From a virus (lineage: Duplodnaviria; Caudoviricetes), in the IMG/VR virus record IMGVR_UViG_3300030330_001316, positions 1 through 34,736 of that record: 34,736 nt of DNA, one strand, 5' to 3'. The translations under genes and the position numbers were made by a program. Position 1 is the first letter of the stretch; every line of letters begins with the position of its first letter. Positions 1-8,307 of the stretch are shown here, piece by piece. The notes below the pieces were generated by a model that worked only from the letters and a program-made list of their open reading frames with translations, searched no databases and was not told the DNA's origin.

Positions 1-97
1 ATTGGCTGAATTTGCACCCGCATCAAAGGTTGCAGCACTTCCACACCCTAGGCTTGTTCGAGCTGTTAAACCTGATTCTAAAACAAAGTTGGAACCA
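1..97. repeat. Terminal direct repeat (assembly overlap indicating a circular or circularly permuted genome), copy 1
   Basis: Bases 1-97 are identical to 34640-34736. An internal near-copy at about 34019-34115 differs at several positions, so the exact match is end to end. Confidence 0.93.
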
Positions 98-1035
98 TCA
101 CCAACAATGAAGTTGGAATCTGTTGGTGTCAGTCCTGCAATGTCATCAAGTTGTGCATCATGTGCTTGGACATCTGAACCAATGGCAAGACCAAGTGATG
201 TGCGGGCCGTGGCTCCTGACTCTGTCACAAAGTTGGAACCATCACCAATGATGATGTGGCTATCAGTTGGTGTCAATCCTGCAATGTCATCAAGTTGTGC
301 ATCATGTGCTTGAACGTTTGTGCCAATGGTTAGACCAAGTGAAGTGCGGGCCGTGGCTCCTGACTCTGTTACAAAGTTTGAACCATCACCCACAATGAAA
401 GCACCATCAGCTGGTGTCAATCCTGCAATGTCATCAAGTTGTGCATCATGTGCTTGGACATCTGAACCAATGGCCACACCAAGTGATGTGCGGGCCGTGG
501 CTCCTGACTCTGTCACAAAGTTGGAACCATTGCCAATGATGATGTGTGAATCTGTGGGAGTCAATCCTGCAATGTCATCAAGTTGTGCATCATATGCTTG
601 AACGTTTGTGCCAATGGTCAGACCAAGTGATGTGCGTGCCGTGGCACCACTTTCTCCGATCCATTCAGAACCATCACCAACCAAGAAGGTGGAATCTGTT
701 GGTGTCAATGTTGCATTCACATCATTGATTGTTTTGAGATTAAGAACAACAGGACCAGTCAATCCGTTCACACTTGCCACGGCATCAGTGTTGTCAATGA
801 CATCAAACATGGCACTATTGATTGGAGATGATGCGTCTTGATTAAATACAATATGATCACCAACATTCAATGTGACACCTGCCAAGGTTCCACCTGTTGA
901 AACAATGTAGAAGTCACCCTTGACTGAACTGGTCAAGTCAGGTGTGTTGGTGGTTACGTTGTATGATCCTTTATAGGTCAAGCCACCTGTGACACTGCCT
1001 GCACTTGTTGGATTTGCTTTTATTTCAATACTCAT
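1..1035 (-). CDS. Tail fibre protein, N-terminal part (continues across the join into 34639-33626; about 682 aa in total)
   Basis: Absent from the ORF track. ATG at 1035 follows AAGGAG and reads MSIEIKANPTSAGSVTGGLTYKGSYNVTTNTPDL...VASVNGLTGPVVL, then 48-aa repeats, with no stop before base 1. It is in frame with ORF 33626..34633. Confidence 0.85.
   Translation of the reverse strand, partial: MSIEIKANPTSAGSVTGGLTYKGSYNVTTNTPDLTSSVKGDFYIVSTGGTLAGVTLNVGDHIVFNQDASSPINSAMFDVIDNTDAVASVNGLTGPVVLNLKTINDVNATLTPTDSTFLVGDGSEWIGESGATARTSLGLTIGTNVQAYDAQLDDIAGLTPTDSHIIIGNGSNFVTESGATARTSLGVAIGSDVQAHDAQLDDIAGLTPADGAFIVGDGSNFVTESGATARTSLGLTIGTNVQAHDAQLDDIAGLTPTDSHIIIGDGSNFVTESGATARTSLGLAIGSDVQAHDAQLDDIAGLTPTDSNFIVGDGSNFVLESGLTARTSLGCGSAATFDAGANSAN
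50..700. repeat. 144-bp (48-aa) tandem repeats in the tail fibre, four full units plus one partial unit
   Basis: GTCATCAAGTTGTGCATCA recurs at about 142, 286, 430 and 574. Unit is ARTSLGxxIGxxVQAxDAQLDDIAGLTPxDxxxIxGxGSNFVxESGxT. Confidence 0.95.
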
Positions 1036-1044
1036 GTTTTCTCC

Positions 1045-1410
1045 TTATTTCACAAAGCCTGCGATGAAGTAAACTGAATCACCTGATGCACCTTTTTTGT
1101 ATGCAATGGTGGAAACTTCTTGAGCAATGGTCACAATGTCATCACTGTATGAATAATCAACAGGCAATTCATTTGTAATGGCATCACCTGCACCTGTTCG
1201 AGCACGATATTTTATATACATCAAGTTAGATCCTTTGTTGACAACTGCCAAGAAAGCAAACTTCAAACTTGCTGCACATGCTGAACCCGTGGTTGAATCC
1301 ACAAAGTCTGATGATACTAAGTCATTCCAATTGGTATTTGCTACACCTGATGCATTATAAACACCTCTGATTGAACCTGCACTCATTGGGTCATTTGTTA
1401 GAAACGGCAT
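1045..1410 (-). CDS. Hypothetical protein, probably virion or tail associated
   Basis: ATG at 1410 preceded by GAAGGAG; beta-rich 121 aa; lies directly upstream of the tail fibre gene. Confidence 0.6.
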   Translation of the reverse strand: MPFLTNDPMSAGSIRGVYNASGVANTNWNDLVSSDFVDSTTGSACAASLKFAFLAVVNKGSNLMYIKYRARTGAGDAITNELPVDYSYSDDIVTIAQEVSTIAYKKGASGDSVYFIAGFVK

Positions 1411-1654
1411 CTTTTGATTCTCCTTCATTGTTGGGTTGAGTCTTTGATTTGATTACGTTGGAACCTGCAAAGATCAAGAATAAACTATCAATTGCACTGA
1501 TAATTTCTGCATGTGCTTTTCCTATTAAAGCAAGGATAAACAAGACAAGCAAGGTGCAATAAAACGCCATTGCTTTACGTCCACCAAAGAAGTCCAACAT
1601 GGTCCTGTCTTTGGTCTCTTCTGTCTCTTCTGTCTCAGTCTTCATAGTCTTCAT
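1391..1654 (-). CDS. Holin-like small membrane protein (start may be 1654 or 1645)
   Basis: Two hydrophobic segments (AMAFYCTLLVLFILALIG and IISAIDSLFLIFAG) with charged termini; directly follows the CHAP hydrolase. Confidence 0.6.
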   Translation of the reverse strand: MKTMKTETEETEETKDRTMLDFFGGRKAMAFYCTLLVLFILALIGKAHAEIISAIDSLFLIFAGSNVIKSKTQPNNEGESKDAVSNK

Positions 1655-2324
1655 CAATCAATCTATAAACGTGTGCAACGTCTTCAAGGTTTCGTGTACG
1701 TTTGACCACACCTTCACGCCATGTCTGATCAGGTCCAACACCATGTGCATTGCCTTCTGTGGTGTGGAAGTTTCCTTCTTTATCAGGTGATGTGCGTGCA
1801 ATGGTGATGTGGTTACCATAGAATGGTGTTTGTTCTTTGGATGTGTACACAACCACAATGTCACCTGGTCTGATGTCTTCATTGTCTTGATGGCGTGAAG
1901 TCTCAAACCAATTATCATACAATCTCCAACATGAAGGGAAGATCTTTTGACGCACAATGAAACGCACTTTTGGTCCATATACGGCAGCAGCAAAAGCACC
2001 ACACCAAGCATATTGACCGTTTCGTATATAATCTTTTTCCCAAGTCCATCCAAGTGCATTGGTGTTCTTGATGTAGTATGTGATGCGGCTTGAATCACCA
2101 CCTCCACCAGGTTCTGTGATGTTGTCTGACCACTCTGATTCAGCATTCTTCAAGACATATGCAACATGCTCATGTGGATTGACATTGCGTTCAATGTTTA
2201 CATTCACATTCTTTTTAACATTGATGTCAATATTGATCTGATTCAATGCACGTCTGTAACGTCTTGTTTCATGTTCGAGAAGGTCAAGTTTTTCTTCAAG
2301 TTGTGCTTTTGTATATCTACTCAT
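1635..2324 (-). CDS. CHAP-family cysteine peptidoglycan hydrolase (endolysin or virion lysin)
   Basis: Motifs AWCGAF (catalytic Cys), PGDIVV, GNHITI (His) and TTEGN are typical of CHAP/NlpC-P60 amidases; N-terminal coiled coil. Confidence 0.8.
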   Translation of the reverse strand: MSRYTKAQLEEKLDLLEHETRRYRRALNQINIDINVKKNVNVNIERNVNPHEHVAYVLKNAESEWSDNITEPGGGGDSSRITYYIKNTNALGWTWEKDYIRNGQYAWCGAFAAAVYGPKVRFIVRQKIFPSCWRLYDNWFETSRHQDNEDIRPGDIVVVYTSKEQTPFYGNHITIARTSPDKEGNFHTTEGNAHGVGPDQTWREGVVKRTRNLEDVAHVYRLIDEDYED

Positions 2325-5300
2325 ACATATTCCTTTCCATTGTCAGATGCACCTAAGACACCTGATGTGTTTGCAATATAGGCATCCACTTGTTGACCTG
2401 CCGTGGCACTTGCATATGCAGTTGGTTCAAGTGTACCGTTCAATGTTGAAATGCCGTGGGTTGTGGTAAATGTGATGGTTGCAGTTGATCCATTGTCAAC
2501 AATGGAAGAGATGACCAAACCTGTGGTTGCATTATCATGGTCACCTGGTGGCAAGTAATCAACCACATCATCCACTTTGAAGAAGTCAGAATCCTTGACA
2601 TCTACACCCAAGGCATTGGAGTTTGAAAAGGCATCTTGGTCAATGGTCACTGTGGTTGTGGTTGGTGCAGCTGTCACAAGTGCTGAATCATGCCATGATG
2701 CAGAACGCAATCCTGTGTGGATCAATTCAACTTCACATCCTTCACCCATTAGTTCTTGACGTATTGAACGGATAAATCCAACACCATCAGTGACACCATA
2801 GTCAGGACCATATGCCTTCAACAATGGTGAATTGACCAATGCATACCTGCCAACATCCATCAATGCACTTTGACCCGTTCCAATCATACCACGCCATACA
2901 CGCAAGGGATTTGAAAGAAGATTAAAGAGTCGAGTAATGACAGGCAAGAAGAATGAAAAGGAGTCACCACCCGTTCCACCAATCTGATCAGATGACACAC
3001 CAAACAAATCCAATTTAATACCCTTGGTTTCATTGTTGTATCTGTTGATGGCTTCTTGATTGTTGAAGATGCGTTGTGTTCTAAGTTTCTGTTCATTGAC
3101 ATCATAATCAAAGTTGACTTCAATCTGTGTGACTATGTCTTCATAGGTTGACCAGGTTGGTGGATTGTCTGCAATCCAATCACCTTCATTGATGGTCAAT
3201 GCACTTGATGCGGCTTGTTCGAGTCCAATGGGTTGCAATGCTATCTTGCAACGTCCATCTTGATTGCGCCTCATCACCAAGACTGCACCCATTGCTTGAA
3301 GAAGTGGTGTGAGCACTCCCCTAAAATCCTCACCTTCACTTCTCAAGTCAAGGTTGATCATTATGTTTGGAATGGATTCATATTGCAAGAATGAATTAAT
3401 GTCAATCTCAGTGTCCTTGATATTCAACCCAATGGATGACTGATCAAAAGTGCCGTTCACACTTGATCCACCTCCACTTTGAAGAAGTCTCAAGATAGCT
3501 TCACCAGGTGTTTGAAATGTAATTCGGTTACTCAAGTAAACCCTTGCAGGTTCAAATCCTGACCAATCACCAAATGATGAACGTCTTGAATCTGCAAAAG
3601 GTTCTTGGATGTGCAACAAGAATCCAACATCTGAACCACCATATGTTGCAGTTGATTGGTGTGTTATTGGAAAAGTCTGTGATGATTCACGTTCATTTTT
3701 CCTGTCATAATAAACCACCTCAACACCAAAAGACACACCCGCACTTGCTGATGTTGGCAAACCTAGGTTGTCTTTCACCAAGATTGTTGGTTCACCATTT
3801 TGATAATATGCGAGTGCAGTCCCTCTGATGTCATTCTTCTTGCTTTGGTCTTTCCTGTCTCCACCTTTGAAGGATGCCCAAGATGCACTCTCAAAAGGTT
3901 CTTCAACGGCACCTTGTTGAACAATTGGATCACTTGGATGTGGAGTCACCCAAATGTCAAAAGGATAAAACAATCTTTCCATGTTGTCTGTGGTGTATAT
4001 GCCTGTGATATTATTATCCCATATACCCAATGGTGGAAGTTCATATACATATTCAAGATATTTCAAGGCACGTTTACCTGTGAAAAAGAATATGGTGGAA
4101 TCTGCCGTTTCTTTGTTCACCAATGACTTCATCATAAAAGATGTATCATCTGAGATCTTCCAATTAATGAAGGCACCCAATGTTCCTTGTGCTGATCCTG
4201 TTTGATTTGTTTCAAGTACAGTGTTGATGATTTCAGGAAATCTTTGAACACCTGATGTGATCCTGTATGATTTGATTTCACCCCGTGGTGTTCTTACTCG
4301 AACACGCTTTGTTGCAGATGATGCAGGCACAAGACTGTTGTATGATGTGTTTGTGTTGTCATAAGTCAGATTGGTGGATGTCATGGTTTCAGGAAACAGA
4401 CGTCCATCTGAGTTGATCAATTCAGGATAGCGTGGATGGATATAATAGTTTCCATCATCAGCAGGTGGTAAGCTTGCATCAAAGGTTGTGGAATGATCAA
4501 GTGGTAGGTCATCAGCATCAAAAGTCAATGTGGATGAACCTGTTGAACCTGTAACACCAAAAGGTTCACTGTCTAGTGTAAAGATTCCAAACTCCAATCT
4601 TGATCCATTCAATTCATCAAAGTTGTGGTATCCATGCAAGAGACCAGTTTCAATTGCAGTTTCTGAAACCTTGTTGTCAATTAAAGCAGTCAAGGGAACC
4701 AATGACAATTGGATTGAATCAAGTGTGTCCACAATTGGAGACGATTCAATAAAGCCATTGATAATTTCTGTCATTGCATTGATTGAACCATCAGGTCTTT
4801 TCTGACCCATATATAAAGAAGCCTTGCGCCCTCGAAAGTTCACAATGTCTGTGTAGACTTCAGGCACATTGGTTCCACCCAATGATGATGCGTGTGTTTG
4901 AATCGGTGTACGTCCAACACCACGTGTGGAAATGGTCAGTGTTGTGGATGTTGCAGAACTTACCCGCACTGATTCAGCTCCGATATGCATCACACGAGGA
5001 AAGGACAAGGATGTGAAATCTTGATCAACTGTGATGGTCTTGGTGCTGTCATTGTGAAATAGATCAGTTGAAACTTGTGCCTTGGTCACATCTGTTGCAC
5101 GTGGTCCACATCTTCCAAAGATTACATGTGGATCATCAGTGCCACCTCTTAACCTTTCAGAGGAAAGGACAATTGAAACGGGTGCATAGTCTGCAATCCC
5201 ACCTGCAGGATCAATTGAAGCTTGGTATGCACCAACTGAAACAATGCCTTGAACGTTCGAGTAAGGCACACCCGTTGTCAAGTTGGCATCAAGATTGGTT

Positions 5301-5395
5301 GTGGAAATATCCACATCATCAGACACATACCTTGTGGAAAGTCCACCAATTTCCAAAACAAAGACGCGTCTGCCGTGGTCCTCAAGTATGCTCAT
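2321..5395 (-). CDS. Large tail tip / baseplate hub protein (1024 aa)
   Basis: Size, beta-rich Thr/Ser/Gly composition and position downstream of the tape measure; ATGA overlaps with both neighbours. Confidence 0.7.
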   Translation of the reverse strand: MSILEDHGRRVFVLEIGGLSTRYVSDDVDISTTNLDANLTTGVPYSNVQGIVSVGAYQASIDPAGGIADYAPVSIVLSSERLRGGTDDPHVIFGRCGPRATDVTKAQVSTDLFHNDSTKTITVDQDFTSLSFPRVMHIGAESVRVSSATSTTLTISTRGVGRTPIQTHASSLGGTNVPEVYTDIVNFRGRKASLYMGQKRPDGSINAMTEIINGFIESSPIVDTLDSIQLSLVPLTALIDNKVSETAIETGLLHGYHNFDELNGSRLEFGIFTLDSEPFGVTGSTGSSTLTFDADDLPLDHSTTFDASLPPADDGNYYIHPRYPELINSDGRLFPETMTSTNLTYDNTNTSYNSLVPASSATKRVRVRTPRGEIKSYRITSGVQRFPEIINTVLETNQTGSAQGTLGAFINWKISDDTSFMMKSLVNKETADSTIFFFTGKRALKYLEYVYELPPLGIWDNNITGIYTTDNMERLFYPFDIWVTPHPSDPIVQQGAVEEPFESASWASFKGGDRKDQSKKNDIRGTALAYYQNGEPTILVKDNLGLPTSASAGVSFGVEVVYYDRKNERESSQTFPITHQSTATYGGSDVGFLLHIQEPFADSRRSSFGDWSGFEPARVYLSNRITFQTPGEAILRLLQSGGGSSVNGTFDQSSIGLNIKDTEIDINSFLQYESIPNIMINLDLRSEGEDFRGVLTPLLQAMGAVLVMRRNQDGRCKIALQPIGLEQAASSALTINEGDWIADNPPTWSTYEDIVTQIEVNFDYDVNEQKLRTQRIFNNQEAINRYNNETKGIKLDLFGVSSDQIGGTGGDSFSFFLPVITRLFNLLSNPLRVWRGMIGTGQSALMDVGRYALVNSPLLKAYGPDYGVTDGVGFIRSIRQELMGEGCEVELIHTGLRSASWHDSALVTAAPTTTTVTIDQDAFSNSNALGVDVKDSDFFKVDDVVDYLPPGDHDNATTGLVISSIVDNGSTATITFTTTHGISTLNGTLEPTAYASATAGQQVDAYIANTSGVLGASDNGKEYV

Positions 5396-6033
5396 GGTGT
5401 CACCTCAGGTTGATATAGATCAAAGAAAGAAACTGAAACAAGATCACAGTCTTCAACTTCCACTTCAAACAGAAGCATATCACCACGGTTTGCAGATGGA
5501 ATATACAATGGCCTTGGATCATCAGAACCACTTGTTCCACTTGGTGGATCATAAAAGGTTGCACCTGTGGTTGCCAATGCAGGTCTGTCAAGATCTCCAT
5601 CATTGAACATTTGAAGGTGTGCAGGAAATGTGAACTTGACTGCTTTGGATAAGACTGTACCACTTGTATTCTTTATTCTGAATGTGATTGCAGGACTGTT
5701 TCCACTACTTGAATTAGTGGCTACGTATTGAAAGATCACACCGATCCATTCACTGATTGGTGTTGATCCATAATAAAATGAATAGTATTTGTTTGTCTTG
5801 TTCAGACCTGGTGAAATACCTGACCAATTTGTGTTGGTTACTACATTGAAGATTGTGGCAAACCTTCCAATGGTATCCTTAGCAATTGTATAGTTGGCAT
5901 GACCAAGGAACTTGCAATGTGACATTTGGACCAATGCTTGTGCAAATTGGTTGACGACTCCACCCATTACAGTGACACCCATAAAGGTGGATTGTTCCCT
6001 TGCAAGTGGTTGGTATGATCTTGGTACTAGCAT
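5392..6033 (-). CDS. Minor tail protein (hypothetical)
   Basis: Tightly packed 213-aa ORF in the tail-tip cluster. Confidence 0.6.
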   Translation of the reverse strand: MLVPRSYQPLAREQSTFMGVTVMGGVVNQFAQALVQMSHCKFLGHANYTIAKDTIGRFATIFNVVTNTNWSGISPGLNKTNKYYSFYYGSTPISEWIGVIFQYVATNSSSGNSPAITFRIKNTSGTVLSKAVKFTFPAHLQMFNDGDLDRPALATTGATFYDPPSGTSGSDDPRPLYIPSANRGDMLLFEVEVEDCDLVSVSFFDLYQPEVTP

Positions 6034-6035
6034 CT

Positions 6036-7112
6036 TTAATTACTCCAAACAGACAAGGCAGTGATACGAGGCAAGGACAAAGACACTGCCAACCTATCAG
6101 CAGAATCAAGAAGTGTGTCTGATTCCACATAAGCAGTTGGATTGATCTTGTACAATGGAAATCCAAAGACCACAGATTCAAGTGTGGTGTTCTCCAATGA
6201 TGGTGTGAAGTTGAATTCATTCCACCCGTTCGAGGTCACAGAAAACAACCTGTTCATAAAGGCAAACTTTTTGGTGCCACTAATATTGACCACATATATC
6301 CACAAGGTGATTGAACCACCTCCAATGAATAGTGGACTTTGAACTTGCATTGATTGACAATCACCAACACCCAAGGACTTGGGACTTTGACCACGTCCTG
6401 TGAATGCACTTGGTGTAGCATCTGCATTCTGTATTCCTGACCAGATTAACAATGGTCTTTTCCTTGATCTCAATGTTTGAATGTTTGTTCTCCATTGGAC
6501 ACCCGCACGAGATGAAAGTGCATTGTTTGCACCAAGACGTGAAGCACCAAAAGGTGTGATCTTGTCAGAACCTTGTGCCGTATTTCCTGCACTCAATGGT
6601 GAAGTCAATGCAGTGAAACGTGCTGCAATCACTTGGACATCCACATCATATGTGTTTGCATCAACCTTGCCTTGCATAACAATGTCCACATAAACAGCTG
6701 TTGTGGATGATGTGAAGGTGTGTGAAACTGTTGCGTGTGCGTATGTGCTTGCAGTTGATGTGATTGAAATGGAACTGTTTCCTTGTGCCACACTGTTGGC
6801 ATCTGTCAAGGTGAACTTTAAGGTGCCTGTTCCTGTGGATGTGACACGTGCTGCAACATGGAATTGAATCGTGGTGTGGTCATTGGATGGTATAGGGACA
6901 CGCCATCTACAAAGATCCACAAATGAGGTGGAGTTAGTCACACATGTGTTGGCATCAAAAGCTTGACTAATACAATTCGAGGTGGATCCATGTGCATGCA
7001 GATAATTGGAAAGGTCACCCATACGTGCCAATGTGGTTGTGGTAATCACACGGCCTGCAATCAAATCACTTGTGTCAGGAACATTGGGTGGACTTGTAAA
7101 TGTGTTACTCAT
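6036..7112 (-). CDS. Minor tail protein (hypothetical)
   Basis: Start revised to ATG 7112 (MSNTFTSPP), which overlaps the upstream stop; Thr/Ser-rich; tail-tip cluster. Confidence 0.6.
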   Translation of the reverse strand: MSNTFTSPPNVPDTSDLIAGRVITTTTLARMGDLSNYLHAHGSTSNCISQAFDANTCVTNSTSFVDLCRWRVPIPSNDHTTIQFHVAARVTSTGTGTLKFTLTDANSVAQGNSSISITSTASTYAHATVSHTFTSSTTAVYVDIVMQGKVDANTYDVDVQVIAARFTALTSPLSAGNTAQGSDKITPFGASRLGANNALSSRAGVQWRTNIQTLRSRKRPLLIWSGIQNADATPSAFTGRGQSPKSLGVGDCQSMQVQSPLFIGGGSITLWIYVVNISGTKKFAFMNRLFSVTSNGWNEFNFTPSLENTTLESVVFGFPLYKINPTAYVESDTLLDSADRLAVSLSLPRITALSVWSN

Positions 7113-8305
7113 AAGTGCTCCAATACTAAGGAAACAGGCACACGTCTTTTTAATCGGTTTGGATATACCAAGTTGATGGTGTTTGCATCCACCAATGAAC
7201 ACCTGATGCGTCCTGTGTTTCCATTGTCTTCAGATGTGAAAAGGAGATCATAAGCAGGTTGACTCACATTGATTCCACTTGTAATCAAAGACCGTCTTGA
7301 ATCACCAACGTTTTGGTAAAACGTGATTCTTTCACCATTGCCAATGTATTCAATAAAGTTGTTTGTGAAATGTCTATATAAATCTTTAGTGTCAAGCAAT
7401 GCATCAAGGTCAAATGATAGGATGGATTGAACATAAGAACCAACAAAGTTGGATGCATAGCCACCGCCTATTTTACGCCTTGACTGTGAAACGGTTTGTG
7501 TCTGCATATGGTGGTCTTGGTATGGTCTTGTGGGATATAGTGCACCAGGTAGTGGATAGTCAGCAGACAACTTTTTAAAAAAGGTTCCACTTGGTGTTTC
7601 ATTTCCACTAAATCCAAGTCTTTCTCTAAATGAAGTGGAAACCCAAGTAATGTCACTGATGGCGTTGGAGTACATACATTCAACATGGCCATTATCATTG
7701 ATGTACCATTTAATATACTGGCTTGCAGTGTTTGCAACCAAGTCACGTTTTTCCAAATTGTTGGCAGTGTTTACATCATCCACATCACTTGTGGTTCCAC
7801 GTTCTCGAATTGCAACAATCAAATCCTGAACATTCAAACGTCCTGTGATGTCAAAAGAAAAAGAACTTGAACCTGCTGCATTTTGAAATTCATATTGTGA
7901 ATCATCCAAGTCACTCCCACGTGTCCAATCATTTGGACAAGTGAATGATGTTGCAGCTGTTGCAAAAGTGGATGAACCAAGACCAAGGATGTCATCACCT
8001 GATTTTAATCTGACTTTGAAACTATCATCACAACTGATTAAAACCTTATCACTTGAATTGATGGACACTGACCAATTGGTTCCAAAGTTTGAGGTGGATT
8101 GAAGCAAGTCAGACATGGCAAAACCTGATTCACTCCCACGTCCATTCAAGAATGAAATTGCATCATCATAGATCCCTTCACCCGTTCCAAAAGTTGGCAA
8201 TGTGACATTGTTTGAACTACGGTTGAACACATTGACACCCGACCAGGTTCTTGCATTGAATGCACTTAATAGTGCAAAGTTTGGTGATGGATTATTCAAG
8301 GGCAT
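7109..8305 (-). CDS. Distal tail (Dit-position) protein, hypothetical
   Basis: First gene after the tape measure, RBS AGGAG; assignment by synteny only. Confidence 0.55.
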   Translation of the reverse strand: MPLNNPSPNFALLSAFNARTWSGVNVFNRSSNNVTLPTFGTGEGIYDDAISFLNGRGSESGFAMSDLLQSTSNFGTNWSVSINSSDKVLISCDDSFKVRLKSGDDILGLGSSTFATAATSFTCPNDWTRGSDLDDSQYEFQNAAGSSSFSFDITGRLNVQDLIVAIRERGTTSDVDDVNTANNLEKRDLVANTASQYIKWYINDNGHVECMYSNAISDITWVSTSFRERLGFSGNETPSGTFFKKLSADYPLPGALYPTRPYQDHHMQTQTVSQSRRKIGGGYASNFVGSYVQSILSFDLDALLDTKDLYRHFTNNFIEYIGNGERITFYQNVGDSRRSLITSGINVSQPAYDLLFTSEDNGNTGRIRCSLVDANTINLVYPNRLKRRVPVSLVLEHL

Positions 8306-8307
8306 GA

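Noticed and set aside
1-97. 97-bp repeat as a biological terminal repeat
   Set aside because: It falls mid-gene at an internal repeat, as expected for an assembler overlap on a circular path.
50-700. 144-bp repeats as a CRISPR array or DGR template/variable pair
   Set aside because: Units are contiguous coding repeats with mostly synonymous differences and no unique spacers; no cas or reverse transcriptase gene, and no adenine-specific variation.
2-841. Repetitive plus-strand ORFs (also 34020-34640)
   Set aside because: Antisense readings of the tail fibre repeats; the minus-strand frame is continuous and has an RBS.
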